Positions 1-10,610 are shown, counted from the first letter of the stretch. The stretch is DNA of 64,000 bases from a virus (IMGVR_UViG_3300014204_000112:1-64000), one strand, 5' to 3'. Notes: generated by a model from the sequence alone, not told the origin. Numbers and translations: made by a program.

Positions 1-3000
1 GTTCCAGATGAGCCTGATGTACCAGAATTTCCAGACGAACCTGATGTTCCTGAGCTACCGCTTGTTCCTGAAGAACCTGATGTTCCAGAAGAACCAGAGG
101 AACCGCTCGAGCCAGATGATCCACTTGTTCCTGAACTTCCTGATGTACCACTCGATCCGGATGATCCGCTTGATCCTGAAGAACCAGAAGATCCTGATGT
201 TCCAGATGAACCTGAAGTTCCAGATGATCCACTTGAACCGGAAGAACCCGAAGTACCGCTTGATCCACTTGTTCCGGAAGATCCAGATGAACCTGATTTG
301 CCTGATGATCCGCTTGATCCTGAAGAACCTGATGATCCGCTTGTTCCGGAAGATCCTGAAGTACCAGATGAACCGGATGTTCCTGATGAACCTGATGAAC
401 CTGAAGAACCGCTTGTTCCTGAGCTGCCGGATGTTCCAGAAGATCCAGATGATCCGCTTGTTCCGCTCGACCCAGATGTTCCGGACGATCCACTTGAACC
501 TGACGAACCGGATGTTCCCGAAGAACCTGAGGTACCTGAACTTCCAGAAGTTCCAGAAGATCCCGATGATCCACTTGTTCCACTTGAACCTGACGTACCT
601 GATGAGCCAGACGTTCCGCTTGATCCCGATTTTCCACTTGAACCAGATGAACCGCTAGAGCCTGATGTGCCTGAAGATCCTGAGGTACCTGAACTTCCTG
701 AAGAACCTGATGTACCACTAGAGCCTGATGTTCCAGAACTTCCACTTGTTCCGCTAGAACCTGACGAACCACTTGTTCCTGAACTGCCGGACGTTCCGGA
801 TGATCCTGATGTTCCAGATGAACCTGATTTTCCACTTGAACCAGATGAACCTGAGCTACCTGAACTTCCGCTTGTTCCGCTTGAACCTGAGGTGCCTGAA
901 TTTCCAGATGAGCCTGATGTTCCACTCGAACCACTTGTTCCAGAAGAGCCAGAGCTTCCTGATGATCCACTTGAACCTGAGGTGCCTGAAGAGCCGGAGG
1001 TACCAGAACTTCCGCTAGTTCCGCTAGAACCAGAAGAGCCTGATGAGCCAGAGGTACCGCTCGAACCGGAAGTACCGCTTGAACCACTTGTACCAGAACT
1101 TCCGCTAGTTCCGCTTGACCCTGAGGTACCTGAGTTTCCTGAAGAACCTGACGTACCGGATGAACCTGATGTTCCTGATGATCCGGATTTTCCAGAAGAA
1201 CCACTCGAACCTGAACTACCTGAGGAGCCAGAAGTTCCGCTTGAACCAGAAGAACCAGATGAACCACTTGTTCCTGAACTTCCAGATGTTCCAGAAGAGC
1301 CTGACGTGCCTGAGGAACCGGATGAGCCTGATGAACCACTTGTTCCTGAGCTTCCTGATGTTCCACTAGACCCACTTGATCCTGATGTACCTGAAGAACC
1401 AGAAGTTCCGCTTGAACCGGATGTGCCTGAGTTACCAGAAGAACCTGAAGTTCCGCTTGAACCGGAAGTTCCAGATGAACCTGATTTACCAGAAGATCCA
1501 CTAGATCCAGAAGAGCCAGATGATCCACTTGATCCTGAAGTACCGCTTGATCCGCTTGTTCCTGAAGAACCAGAAGTCCCTGAATTTCCAGATGATCCGC
1601 TCGTTCCTGAGCTTCCTGATGTACCTGATGTGCCCGATGATCCACTAGTTCCTGACGAACCTGAAGTTCCACTCGACCCACTAGAGCCAGATGTTCCAGA
1701 AGAACCTGATGTGCCGGAGGAGCCGCTTGTTCCTGATGAGCCTGAGGTTCCTGAATTACCAGAAGAACCGGAAGTACCTGATGATCCGCTAGTTCCAGAA
1801 GAACCAGATGTACCGGACGATCCTGATTTACCAGAAGAACCAGAAGAACCTGACGAACCGCTGGATCCTGAAGTTCCAGATGATCCGCTAGTTCCAGATG
1901 AGCCAGAAGTTCCGCTAGAACCACTTGAACCAGATGTTCCGCTTGATCCACTTGAACCGGAAGTTCCAGATGATCCACTAGTTCCTGACGAACCTGAAGT
2001 TCCGCTCGACCCACTAGAGCCCGAAGTTCCACTTGACCCGCTAGTTCCTGAGCTTCCTGATGTACCGCTTGAACCTGAGGAACCGGAAGTTCCTGAGTTA
2101 CCTGAAGAGCCTGATGTACCGGACGACCCACTCGAGCCTGAAGAACCGGAAAAACCTGATGTGCCGCTTGATCCTGATTTTCCAGAAGAGCCTGACGTTC
2201 CAGAGGATCCGCTTGAACCACTAGAACCAGAAGTACCGCTTGAACCGCTAGTACCAGATGAGCCTGACGTACCGCTCGAACCGGAAGATCCGGAAGTTCC
2301 AGATGATCCACTAGTTCCTGAGCTTCCTGATGTACCAGATGATCCACTTGATCCTGAAGTTCCCGAAGAACCGGATTTACCAGAAGATCCACTAGATCCG
2401 GAAGAGCCAGATGAGCCGCTTGAGCCTGAAGAACCTGAAGTTCCAGAAGACCCGCTTGAGCCGGAAGTTCCGGATGACCCACTAGATCCAGAGGTTCCTG
2501 AATTTCCGCTAGAACCTGATGTGCCAGATGATCCGCTTGTTCCACTTGATCCTGAAGTTCCCGAAGAACCGGATTTACCAGAAGATCCACTAGATCCGGA
2601 AGAGCCAGATGAGCCGCTTGAGCCTGAAGAACCTGAAGTTCCAGAAGAACCAGATGTGCCGGACGATCCGCTTGTGCCGGACGAACCTGATGTACCAGAT
2701 GATCCGCTTGAACCTGAAGTTCCAGATGAACCACTTGAGCCGGAAGAACCGGAAGTTCCTGAGCTTCCAGATGTACCACTTGAGCTAGAAGTTCCCGATG
2801 ACCCACTAGAGCCCGATGTTCCGCTTGAGCCGCTTGTGCCGGAAGAACCTGATGTACCTGACGAACCACTAGAACCTGATGTTCCAGAATTTCCAGATGA
2901 TCCAGAAGTACCACTTGAACCTGAAGAGCCTGAAGTTCCGGAAGAACCGCTTGTTCCGCTTGAGCCAGACGATCCTGATGTTCCGCTTGAGCCAGACGTT

Positions 3001-6000
3001 CCTGAACTGCCACTTGTTCCACTAGAACCAGAAGTTCCTGAATTTCCAGAAGAACCAGAAGTACCTGAGCTTCCAGACGTTCCACTCGAACCGGATTTAC
3101 CGGATGACCCGCTTGAACCAGAACTTCCTGATGAACCTGAAGATCCAGACGACCCAGATGATCCCGATGTACCTGACGAACCACTAGAACCTGATGTTCC
3201 GGAAGAACCGGAAGTACCACTTGATCCTGACGTACCTGACGACCCTGAACTACCAGAGGTTCCGGATGATCCGCTTGTTCCACTTGATCCTGATGTACCA
3301 GATGAACCACTTGTTCCGCTTGAACCAGATGTTCCAGATGATCCACTTGAACCTGAAGTACCACTTGATCCTGAGCTTCCACTTGTTCCAGAAGAACCAG
3401 AAGTTCCGGAGGAACCTGAGGTACCTGAACTTCCAGAAGTACCACTTGAACCTGAAGAACCTGAGCTGCCAGAAGTACCAGATGAACCACTTGTTCCAGA
3501 AGAACCTGATGTGCCTGAGCTTCCAGAAGATCCAGATGAACCTGACGTTCCACTCGATCCACTTGTTCCAGAGCTTCCTGACGTACCAGAAGAACCAGAA
3601 GTTCCACTTGACCCGGACGAGCCAGATTTTCCGTTTGAACCACTTGAACCCGATGATCCACTTGATCCTGACGAGCCTGAGCTTCCGCTTGTTCCAGAAG
3701 AACCAGAAGTACCGCTTGACCCAGATTTGCCAGATGATCCACTGGATCCACTTGAACCTGAAGTTCCACTTGAACCTGAGCTTCCAGATGTACCGCTTGA
3801 TCCACTTGTTCCAGAAGATCCAGAAGTTCCGCTTGAACCAGATGAACCTGAAGAACCTGAGGTTCCAGATGATCCACTTGTTCCTGAAGAGCCAGAAGTA
3901 CCTGATGATCCACTTGTTCCGCTTGAACCAGATGAACCTGAAATACCAGATGATCCACTTGTTCCAGAGCTTCCTGACGTACCAGAAGAACCAGAAGTTC
4001 CACTTGACCCGCTTGAGCCTGAGCTACCTGAAGTTCCACTTGACCCTGAAGTTCCTGAGCTTCCAGATGTACCAGATGACCCACTTGATCCTGAACTTCC
4101 AGATGTGCCAGACGAACCTGATGTACCACTCGATCCACTAGTTCCAGATGAGCCAGATGTTCCACTTGACCCAGACGATCCTGATGTACCGCTCGAGCCT
4201 GAGCTTCCGCTTGTTCCAGAAGATCCTGACGTTCCTGACGATCCTGATGTACCAGAAGAACCAGAAGTTCCTGAAGAACCACTAGTTCCACTCGAGCCAG
4301 AAGTTCCAGAAGACCCACTTGATCCTGATGAACCTGATGTACCAGATGATCCGCTTGTTCCTGAGCTACCTGATGTACCACTAGAACCTGACGTTCCAGA
4401 ACTTCCACTTGATCCACTAGTACCTGAAGAACCTGATGATCCTGATTTTCCACTTGAACCGGAAGAACCGCTTGAGCCTGAAGATCCTGATGAACCTGAT
4501 GAACCTGACGAACCGGAAGTTCCAGAACTTCCACTCGTTCCGCTTGATCCACTAGAACCACTTGTTCCTGAAGATCCTGACGTGCCAGATGATCCACTAG
4601 AACCAGAACTACCAGAAGTTCCTGACGATCCTGAAGTTCCTGATGATCCACTTGACCCAGAAGAGCCAGATGTTCCCGAGGACCCGCTTGTTCCAGATGA
4701 ACCTGAAGTTCCAGATGAACCACTTGAACCAGAACTACCAGAAGAGCCCGAAGACCCGCTTGTTCCTGAAGACCCTGATGACCCGCTGGTTCCAGATGAA
4801 CCTGACGTTCCGCTTGAACCGCTTGTACCTGAAGAACCGGAAGTTCCAGATGAACCACTTAAACCAGAACTACCTGATGTACCCGAAGAACCTGAGGTAC
4901 CACTTGAACCAGACGTTCCTGATGATCCACTCGATCCAGATGAACCTGAAGTTCCAGATGATCCGCTTGATCCACTAGTTCCTGAGCTTCCAGATGTACC
5001 AGAAGAACCACTCGAACCTGATTTTCCAGATGAACCACTAGAGCCTGAACTTCCAGAAGAACCAGAAGAACCGCTTGAACCGGAAGAACCAGATGTTCCG
5101 CTTGAACCTGACGAACCTGAGCTACCAGAAGTACCTGAACTTCCACTTGTTCCACTCGATCCTGAGCTACCAGAAGATCCACTTGTTCCACTCGATCCTG
5201 ACGTTCCTGCCGAACCGCTTGTTCCACTCGAACCAGATGATCCTGAACTACCAGAAGAACCGCTTGTTCCGCTTGATCCAGATGAACCACTAGAACCTGA
5301 AGTACCACTCGACCCGCTTGTTCCAGAGCTTCCAGAAGAACCACTTGAACCACTCGAACCTGAGGTTCCGCTTGAACCAGATGAACCGGAAGTACCAGAT
5401 GATCCACTTGTTCCAGAGCTTCCACTTGACCCAGAAGATCCACTAGACCCACTTGATCCTGAGCTACCAGATGAGCCTGAGGTACCGCTAGATCCACTTG
5501 AACCGGAAGATCCAGATGTACCTGAACTACCACTTGTTCCAGAGCTTCCAGAAGTTCCAGATGAACCAGATGATCCGCTTGAACCTGACGTTCCTGAACT
5601 ACCTGAAGAACCAGATGTTCCAGATGAACCACTAGAACCACTTGTACCACTACTGCCAGACGAACCTGATGTACCGCTAGATCCTGAAGTTCCTGATGAT
5701 CCAGATGTACCAGAGGAACCACTTGAGCCTGAAGATCCTGATGTACCAGATGAACCTGAGGTTCCACTTGATCCACTAGAACCTGATGTGCCGCTAGAGC
5801 CAGATGTTCCAGAAGAACCGCTAGTTCCGCTTGAACCAGACGTTCCTGAACTACCCGAAGTTCCACCTGAACCTGATGAGCCAGAAGAACCTGAGGTACC
5901 AGATGATCCACTTGTTCCAGAAGAACCTGACGTTCCTGAGCTACCAGATGAACCTGAGGTTCCACTTGATCCAGAACTACCAGAGGAACCACTTGAGCCA

Positions 6001-9000
6001 CTTGTACCACTACTACCAGATGAGCCTGATGTACCACTAGACCCTGACGTTCCCGATGAACCGGAAGTGCCTGAACTACCAGAATTACCAGAAGAGCCAC
6101 TTGAACCACTTGATCCTGAAGATCCAGAGATTCCACTTGACCCACTTGTTCCAGAGCTTCCAGATGTACCTGAAGAGCCAGAAGAACCAGATGATCCACT
6201 AATGCCGCTTGATCCTGAAGATCCAGATGTGCCGGACAAACCTGAACTACCAGATGTTCCAGATGAACCACTTGAACCTGAGGTACCTGAGCTTCCAGAG
6301 GATCCGCTTGTTCCACTAGAACCAGATGATCCTGATTTTCCAGAAGAACCACTCGATCCAGAAGATCCAGAGCTGCCAGAAGAACCTGAAGACCCGGAGC
6401 TTCCGGAGGTTCCGCTTGATCCGCTAGAACCAGAAGAACCACTTGATCCACTTGTACCGCTACTACCAGAAGAGCCTGACGTACCGCTTGAACCGGAGGT
6501 ACCTGAACTACCTGAAGTTCCACTCGAACCTGATGTACCACTCGATCCTGAAGATCCAGATGACCCGCTTGTTCCGCTTGAACCTGACGTACCTGAACTT
6601 CCACTTGTTCCTGATGAACCTGGGCTGCCAGATGATCCACTTGAGCCACTCGTACCACTACTACCAGAAGAACCTGATGTACCGCTAGATCCTGAAGTTC
6701 CAGATGAACCTGATGTGCCTGACGAACCAGAAGAACCGCTTGATCCACTTGAACCTGAACTACCGCTTATTCCTGAAGATCCAGAAGTACCTGAACTTCC
6801 AGACGATCCACTTGAACCTGATGTTCCTGACGAGCCAGAAGTTCCACTTGACCCTGACGTACCACTTGATCCTGAACTTCCGCTTGATCCAGACGTACCG
6901 GAAGAACCTGAGGTTCCGCTTGAACCAGACGTGCCGGAACTTCCAGAAGAACCACTTGATCCAGAAGTACCTGAACTTCCAGAAGTTCCTGATGAACCGG
7001 AAGAACCTGATTTACCTGAGGATCCACTAGATCCACTTGAACCTGAGCTTCCTGAAGAACCACTTGATCCAGATGATCCACTTGTTCCACTAGATCCTGA
7101 AGTACCGGATGAACCAGAAGTTCCACTTGATCCAGAAGATCCTGAGCTACCAGAGGTTCCTGATGAACCACTTGAACCAGACGATCCACTTGATCCAGAT
7201 GTTCCAGAACTTCCTGATGTTCCACTAGATCCTGAACTGCCTGAAGAACCGGACGTTCCACTAGATCCTGAAGAACCAGAAGAGCCAGATGAACCGCTAG
7301 TTCCAGAAGAACCTGAAGTTCCAGAGCTTCCAGATGAACCACTTGAACCTGATGTACCTGAACTACCAGATGTACCCGAAGAACCTGAGGTTCCACTAGA
7401 TCCTGAAGAACCAGATGATCCGCTTGTTCCTGAAGAACCACTTGAACCAGAACTACCTGAGGTCCCTGATGAACCGGAAGTACCGCTTGAACCTGACGTT
7501 CCGGATGACCCACTAGATCCGCTAGAACCAGATGTACCGCTTGATCCTGAGGTACCTGAGCTTCCAGAAGATCCAGATGAACCTGAACTACCTGATGTAC
7601 CACTTGAGCCTGATGTTCCAGAAGAACCCGATGTACCTGAACTGCCAGACGTTCCAGAAGAACCTGAGCTACCAGATGTACCGCTCGAACCTGAAGTTCC
7701 TGAGCTTCCACTAGTACCGCTAGATCCTGAAGAACCTGAACTTCCTGAAGAACCATTTGATCCACTCGTTCCTGAAGAACCAGATGTTCCTGAGGATCCG
7801 CTTGTACCTGAAGAACCTGACGTACCGCTTGATCCACTCGAGCCAGATGAACCGCTAGAACCAGATGTTCCAGATGAACCACTAGATCCTGAAGTACCTG
7901 AAGAACCAGAAGTTCCACTTGACCCGCTTGACCCTGAGTTTCCAGAAGAGCCAGAGGTTCCTGAACTTCCAGACGTACCAGATGAGCCGCTTGAGCCAGA
8001 ATTACCTGAACTACCAGAGGTTCCGCTCGATCCACTTGTTCCTGAAGAACCAGAAGAACCTGAGTTTCCAGATGAACCCGATGTTCCACTTGAACCACTT
8101 GAGCCACTATTTCCTGAGGAGCCTGATGTACCACTTGACCCACTAGTTCCAGATGAACCTGAAGTGCCAGATGATCCCGAAGTACCACTTGAACCGCTTG
8201 ATCCTGACGATCCCGAATTTCCGCTTGAACCTGAGGTTCCGGAAGAACCTGACGTACCAGAACTTCCTGAGGACCCTGAATTACCGGAAGAACCGGATGT
8301 TCCTGAGGATCCACTAGAACCGCTTGAGCCAGAATTTCCTGACGAACCAGAAGTTCCACTAGAGCCAGAAGAACCGGAATTACCTGACGAGCCTGAAGTT
8401 CCACTTGAGCCACTTGAACCAGAAGTTCCAGAGTTACCAGAAGAACCTGAGGAGCCGGATGATCCAGAGTTTCCTGAACTTCCAGAAGTTCCACTTGAAC
8501 CGGACGATCCTGAATTACCAGAAGAACCTGATGTTCCTGACGAACCACTTGACCCGCTTGAGCCAGAATTGCCGCTCGATCCTGAAGTTCCAGAAGAACC
8601 CGATGTTCCGCTAGAACCAGACGAACCGCTTGTGCCTGAGGAACCCGAATTTCCGGAAGACCCTGATGTTCCCGAAGAACCAGAAGAGCCGGAGTTTCCT
8701 GACGAACCACTTGAACCGGAAGATCCCGAGTTTCCTGAGGAGCCGGAGGTTCCTGAAGACCCACTTGATCCTGAAGTTCCCGAGGTTCCAGATTTTCCAG
8801 ATGAGCCTGACGTACCGGAAGAACCGGAGGAGCCAGATGAACCCGAATTTCCAGAACTACCGGAGGTTCCACTTGATCCAGATGACCCAGATGTTCCAGA
8901 ATTGCCGGACGAACCTGAGGTTCCGGAAGAACCTGAATTGCCTGAAGAACCGCTTGTTCCTGAGGAACCAGACGTTCCGCTTGAACCACTTGAACCTGAA

Positions 9001-9330
9001 GTTCCAGAGTTACCAGAAGAACCTGATGTTCCACTTGAACCGCTATTTCCTGAGGATCCTGATGTGCCGCTTGATCCTGAGGTTCCTGAACTTCCACTTG
9101 AACCAGATGAACCTGAAGTTCCTGAACTTCCACTTGACCCACTTGAGCCAGAATTGCCTGCCGAACCTGAAGTTCCGCTAGAACCACTTGATCCAGAATT
9201 GCCTGAACTACCGCTAGTTCCTGAAGAACCACTGGATCCAGAATTGCCAGACGAACCTGACGTACCACTTGAACCGGAGTTTCCTGAGCTTCCGCTTGTT
9301 CCTGAGCTTCCTGACGAACCAGACGTTCCG
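1..9330. repeat. Degenerate 9-bp tandem repeat (~1035 units) encoding Gly-X-Ser
   Basis: On the + strand CC recurs every 9 nt (Gly codons on the minus strand). Longer near-exact duplications exist, e.g. 2343-2450 = 2541-2648. Confidence 0.97.
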
Positions 9331-9452
9331 CCTCCAGCAGTATCACTCCAAAAGACGTTACCATCGTCATCGATCACTAGGACCTTGATCTTGGTTGCAT
9401 CTTTCTGTACGTGGCTGAGATCGACTTGCTTAATCTGTAACTTATTTGACAT
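1..9452 (-). CDS. Giant Gly-X-Ser (GTS/GSS/GNS) repeat protein, >3150 aa, 3' end outside window; probable virion fibre/appendage
   Basis: ATG at 9452 reads MSNKLQIKQVDLSHVQKDATKIKVLVIDDDGNVFWSDTAGGGTSGSSGSSGTSG. No stop is seen down to position 1, which is why the ORF track omits it. It is co-oriented with its neighbours and has an ATAAATA late promoter 28 nt upstream. Confidence 0.92.
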   Translation of the reverse strand, partial: MSNKLQIKQVDLSHVQKDATKIKVLVIDDDGNVFWSDTAGGGTSGSSGSSGTSGSSGNSGSSGTSGSSGNSGSSGSSGTSGSSGNSGSSGSSGTSGSAGNSGSSGSSGSSGTSGSSGSSGSSGTSGSSGTSGSSGNSGSSGTSGSSGNSGTSGSSGSSGTSGSSGTSGSSGNSGSSGTSGSSGNSGTSGSSGSSGTSGSSGNSGSSGSSGSSGTSGSSGKSGTSGTSGSSGSSGTSGSSGNSGSSGSSGSSGNSGSSGSSGTSGSSGNSGSSGTSGSSGSSGTSGSSGTSGSSGNSGSSGSSGSSGTSGSSGNSGSSGSSGTSGSSGNSGSSGSSGSSGNSGTSGSSGSSGTSGSSGNSGSSGSSGTSGSSGNSGSSGSSGSSGTSGSSGNSGSSGSSGTSGSSGTSGSSGNSGSSGSSGSSGTSGSSGTSGSSGTSGSSGTSGSSGNSGSSGSSGTSGSSGNSGSSGSSGTSGSSGTSGSSGNSGSSGSSGTSGSSGTSGSSGNSGSSGSSGTSGSSGTSGSSGSSGTSGSSGSSGSSGSSGTSGSSGTSGSSGTSGSSGTSGSNGSSGSSGSSGSSGTSGSSGTSGSSGTSGSSGSSGTSGSSGTSGSSGTSGSSGTSGSSGSSGSSGSSGTSGSSGTSGSSGSSGSSGTSGSSGTSGSSGTSGSSGSSGSSGTSGSSGSSGSSGTSGSSGTSGSSGTSGSSGSSGSSGTSGSSGTSGSSGSSGSSGSSGTSGSSGSSGSSGTSGSSGTSGSSGSSGSSGSSGTSGSSGSSGSSGTSGSSGTSGSSGTSGSSGSSGSSGSSGSSGSSGSSGKSGSSGSSGTSGSSGTSGSSGSSGSSGTSGSSGTSGSSGTSGSSGSSGSSGTSGSSGTSGSSGTSGSSGSSGSSGTSGSSGISGSSGSSGSSGSSGSSGTSGSSGTSGSSGTSGSSGSSGTSGSSGSSGSPGSSGTSGSSGTSGSSGTSGSSGSSGSSGTSGSSGTSGSSGTSGSSGTSGSSGSSGTSGSSGSSGSSGSSGTSGSSGSSGSSGSSGSSGSSGSSGKSGSSGSSGTSGSSGSSGTSGSSGSSGTSGSSGLSGTSGSSGSSGISGSSGSSGSSGTSGSSGTSGSSGISGSSGSSGSSGSSGNSGSSGTSGSSGTSGSSGTSGSSGSSGTSGSSGSSGSSGSSGTSGSSGSSGTSGSSGTSGSSGTSGSSGSSGSGGTSGSSGTSGSSGTSGSSGTSGSSGTSGSSGSSGTSGSSGTSGSSGSSGSSGTSGSSGTSGSSGTSGSSGSSGTSGSSGSSGTSGSSGSSGTSGSSGSSGSSGTSGSSGTSGSSGTSGSSGSSGSSGTSGSSGSSGSSGSSGSSGSSGSSGTSGSSGTSGSSGSSGTSGSSGSSGSSGSSGTSGSSGTSGSSGSSGSSGTSGSSGSSGSSGSSGTSGSAGTSGSSGTSGSSGSSGSSGTSGSSGTSGSSGSSGSSGTSGSSGSSGSSGSSGSSGSSGSSGKSGSSGSSGTSGSSGTSGSSGSSGTSGSSGSSGSSGTSGSSGTSGSSGTSGSSGLSGSSGTSGSSGTSGSSGTSGSSGTSGSSGSSGTSGSSGSSGSSGSSGSSGTSGSSGTSGSSGTSGSSGSSGSSGTSGSSGTSGSSGSSGSSGTSGSSGTSGSSGSSGTSGSSGTSGSSGSSGSSGSSGSSGSSGSSGKSGSSGSSGTSGSSGSSGTSGSSGTSGSSGTSGSSGTSGSSGSSGSSGTSGSSGTSGSSGTSGSSGTSGSSGTSGSSGTSGSSGSSGTSGSSGSSGTSGSSGTSGSSGTSGSSGTSGSSGSSGSSGTSGSSGTSGSSGTSGSSGSSGSSGTSGSSGTSGSSGTSGSSGISGSSGSSGTSGSSGTSGSSGTSGSSGTSGSSGSSGSSGTSGSSGTSGSSGTSGSSGSSGTSGSSGSSGSSGKSGSSGTSGSSGTSGSSGSSGSSGSSGSSGSNGKSGSSGSSGTSGSSGTSGSSGTSGSSGTSGSSGSSGSSGTSGSSGTSGSSGTSGSSGSSGSSGTSGSSGTSGSSGTSGSSGTSGSSGSSGTSGSSGSSGTSGSSGTSGSSGTSGSSGTSGSSGTSGSSGSSGTSGSSGTSGSSGTSGSSGSSGTSGSSGSSGSSGSSGSSGSSGSSGKSGSSGTSGSSGTSGSSGNSGTSGSSGTSGSSGTSGSSGTSGSSGSSGTSGSSGTSGSSGSSGTSGSSGNSGTSGSSGSSGTSGSSGTSGSSGTSGSSGSSGTSSSSGTSGSSGTSGSSGSSGSSGTSGSSGSSGTSGSSGTSGSSGTSGSSGTSGSSGSSGSSGSSGSSGSSGKSGSSGTSGSSGTSGSSGTSGSSGNSGTSGSSGSSGTSGSSGSSGTSGSSGSSGSSGSSGSSGSSGKSGSSGTSGSSGSSGTSGSSGTSGSSGTSGSSGSSGTSGSSGTSGSSGTSGSSGSSGSSGTSGSSGKSGSSGTSGFSGSSGSSGSSGTSGSSGNSGTSGSSGSSGTSGSSGTSGSSGTSGSSGSSGTSGSSGTSGSSGTSGSSGSSGTSGSSGSSGTSGSSGTSGSSGTSGSSGSSGSSGSSGKSGSSGTSGSSGTSGSSGTSGSSGNSGTSGSSGTSGSSGTSGSSGTSGSSGSSGTSGSSGTSGSSGTSGTSGSSGTSGSSGNSGTSGSSGTSGSSGTSGSSGSSGSSGSSGSSGKSGSSGTSGSSGTSGSSGNSGTSGSSGTSGSSGTSGSSGSSGTSGSSGTSGSSGSSGSSGTSGSSGTSGSSGTSGSSGSSGSSGTSGSSGSSGSSGSSGKSGSSGTSGSSGTSGSSGNSGTSGSSGTSGSSGTSGSSGTSGSSGTSGSSGSSGSSGTSGSSGTSGSSGTSGSSGSSGSSGSSGTSGSSGTSGSSGNSGTSGSSGTSGSSGSSGSSGSSGKSGSSGTSGSSGTSGSSGTSGSSGSSGTSGSSGTSGSSGTSGSSGSSGTSGSSGTSGSSGSSGSSGKSGSSGTSGSSGTSGSSGTSGSSGSSGTSGSSGTSGSSGTSGSSGSSGSSGTSGSSGTSGSSGSSGTSGSSGTSGSSGSSGSSGTSGSSGTSGSSGTSGSSGSSGSSGSSGKSGSSGSSGTSGSSGTSGSSGSSGSSGTSGSSGTSGSSGSSGSSGSSGSSGTSGSSGTSGSSGSSGSSGSSGTSGSSGTSGSSGTSGSSGNSGTSGSSG

Positions 9453-9479
9453 TTAGACCTAACTTCATTTTGCTAAAGT

Positions 9480-9486
9480 TATTTAT
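9480..9486 (-). promoter_or_regulatory. T4-like late promoter (ATAAATA)
   Basis: GATAAATAAC on the minus strand upstream of the ATG at 9452; the same motif precedes many structural genes. Confidence 0.7.
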
Positions 9487-9511
9487 CAGCCCAAATCAAA
9501 TAAACTAGTTA

Positions 9512-10564
9512 CTAGCGATTTTGCTTTGCGTATAAAATGGCTTCTACGTATTTTGCCGAGGCGGAATCCGCTTTTATTTTTGAGAAATCGGCATCGAACG
9601 GATTCTGGTTGATGAATTCTCCCTTGTAGAATAGGGTTCCGTTCTCGTTATTTGTGACACCAGCATTGTGCATGATGTTATGGTTCTCGTACTCAGCCAA
9701 GGTAGACGTTCCCCAACTGAAAGAAAATTCTTTCGATATTCTAGGCTGTGCACCGAGTTTCATTGCATTCCACAGGACTGCCCACAGGTCAGCACACCAT
9801 TTCTGGATAGGATTGTAATCCGTTAATCTCTTATCGATTTCTGCCATTTTAGCATTGACCCACTCCTCAGTTAGTGGAACTGGGCTATTTGCTACTTCTG
9901 CGGACAGAGTCTGTTTAGCTTCAGATATTTCTTGAATACGTTTGGCTCTTTCGGCTGTTTCTCTTTCTGCCATGAATCGATAGAGGGTCAGAGCATCTTG
10001 TTTAACGCTCTTCCAGTAGTCTGCAGTTACTCCCTTCATTAGGTGCTGAGCTCCGCCTGAATTGTTTTGGTTGAACTTCACCAATTCAGGATCAATGTTT
10101 GCAATCTTGCACATTTCCAAGAATAGATCCTCTCCTTTTGAACGAATGTAATCAGAACCTATGTACGAAATAGTATCGCTGAAGTACCAGAAAAGGTCTC
10201 CGTGCATGGAATCAAAATTCGGAAGTTGCCGAAAAATGATGTCTGAATCGTGGTAGAAGATGGTCTCTCCCCTGAGATTTGGGAATTTGACAAAATGTTG
10301 TTCGAGAATGTCCGGCCTCAGTATTGGGATGTACCCGAAATTATCCTTCACCGATTTTGTATAAGAAAAGAATCGAACGTAAGGGTACTTGTTTGCTAAT
10401 GCTGTAAGTTCTGGAGAAGGAGAACCATTATGAGCCCACAGTACTTCTATCCAATTAGGATTTATTCCAACCTTTATGAAATTGTGAATCATTACTTCCA
10501 CTTGCCAATGAAAATATGGGACGTCTGGCTGAGCAGATATGAAAACTACCTTTTTTGTCAACAT
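9512..10564 (-). CDS. GT-A glycosyltransferase resembling peptidyl-serine O-galactosyltransferase / hydroxyproline O-arabinosyltransferase (SERGT1/HPAT-like)
   Basis: N-terminal PYFHWQVEVMIHNF, DxD motif (FYHDSDIIFR), GGAQHL, and C-terminal KWCADLWAVLWNA resemble the recalled YFDWQ / DADMI / WISEMY motifs of that family. Confidence 0.7.
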   Translation of the reverse strand: MLTKKVVFISAQPDVPYFHWQVEVMIHNFIKVGINPNWIEVLWAHNGSPSPELTALANKYPYVRFFSYTKSVKDNFGYIPILRPDILEQHFVKFPNLRGETIFYHDSDIIFRQLPNFDSMHGDLFWYFSDTISYIGSDYIRSKGEDLFLEMCKIANIDPELVKFNQNNSGGAQHLMKGVTADYWKSVKQDALTLYRFMAERETAERAKRIQEISEAKQTLSAEVANSPVPLTEEWVNAKMAEIDKRLTDYNPIQKWCADLWAVLWNAMKLGAQPRISKEFSFSWGTSTLAEYENHNIMHNAGVTNNENGTLFYKGEFINQNPFDADFSKIKADSASAKYVEAILYAKQNR

Positions 10565-10610
10565 CAAACAAAAGGTTTTATTAGCTTATACTTGGACTCA
10601 CCTTCTTGTT

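Noticed and set aside
1-9330. CRISPR array or ice-nucleation protein repeat
   Set aside because: No constant repeat with unique spacers, and no AGYGST/TxT 16-residue periodicity.
298-9456. 3052-aa Pro/Glu/Asp/Leu/Val ORF on the + strand and the many other ORFs in 1-9400
   Set aside because: These are shadows of the minus-strand Gly-X-Ser gene: the repeat rarely creates stops in these frames, they oppose the operon direction, and they lack a promoter or unique domain.
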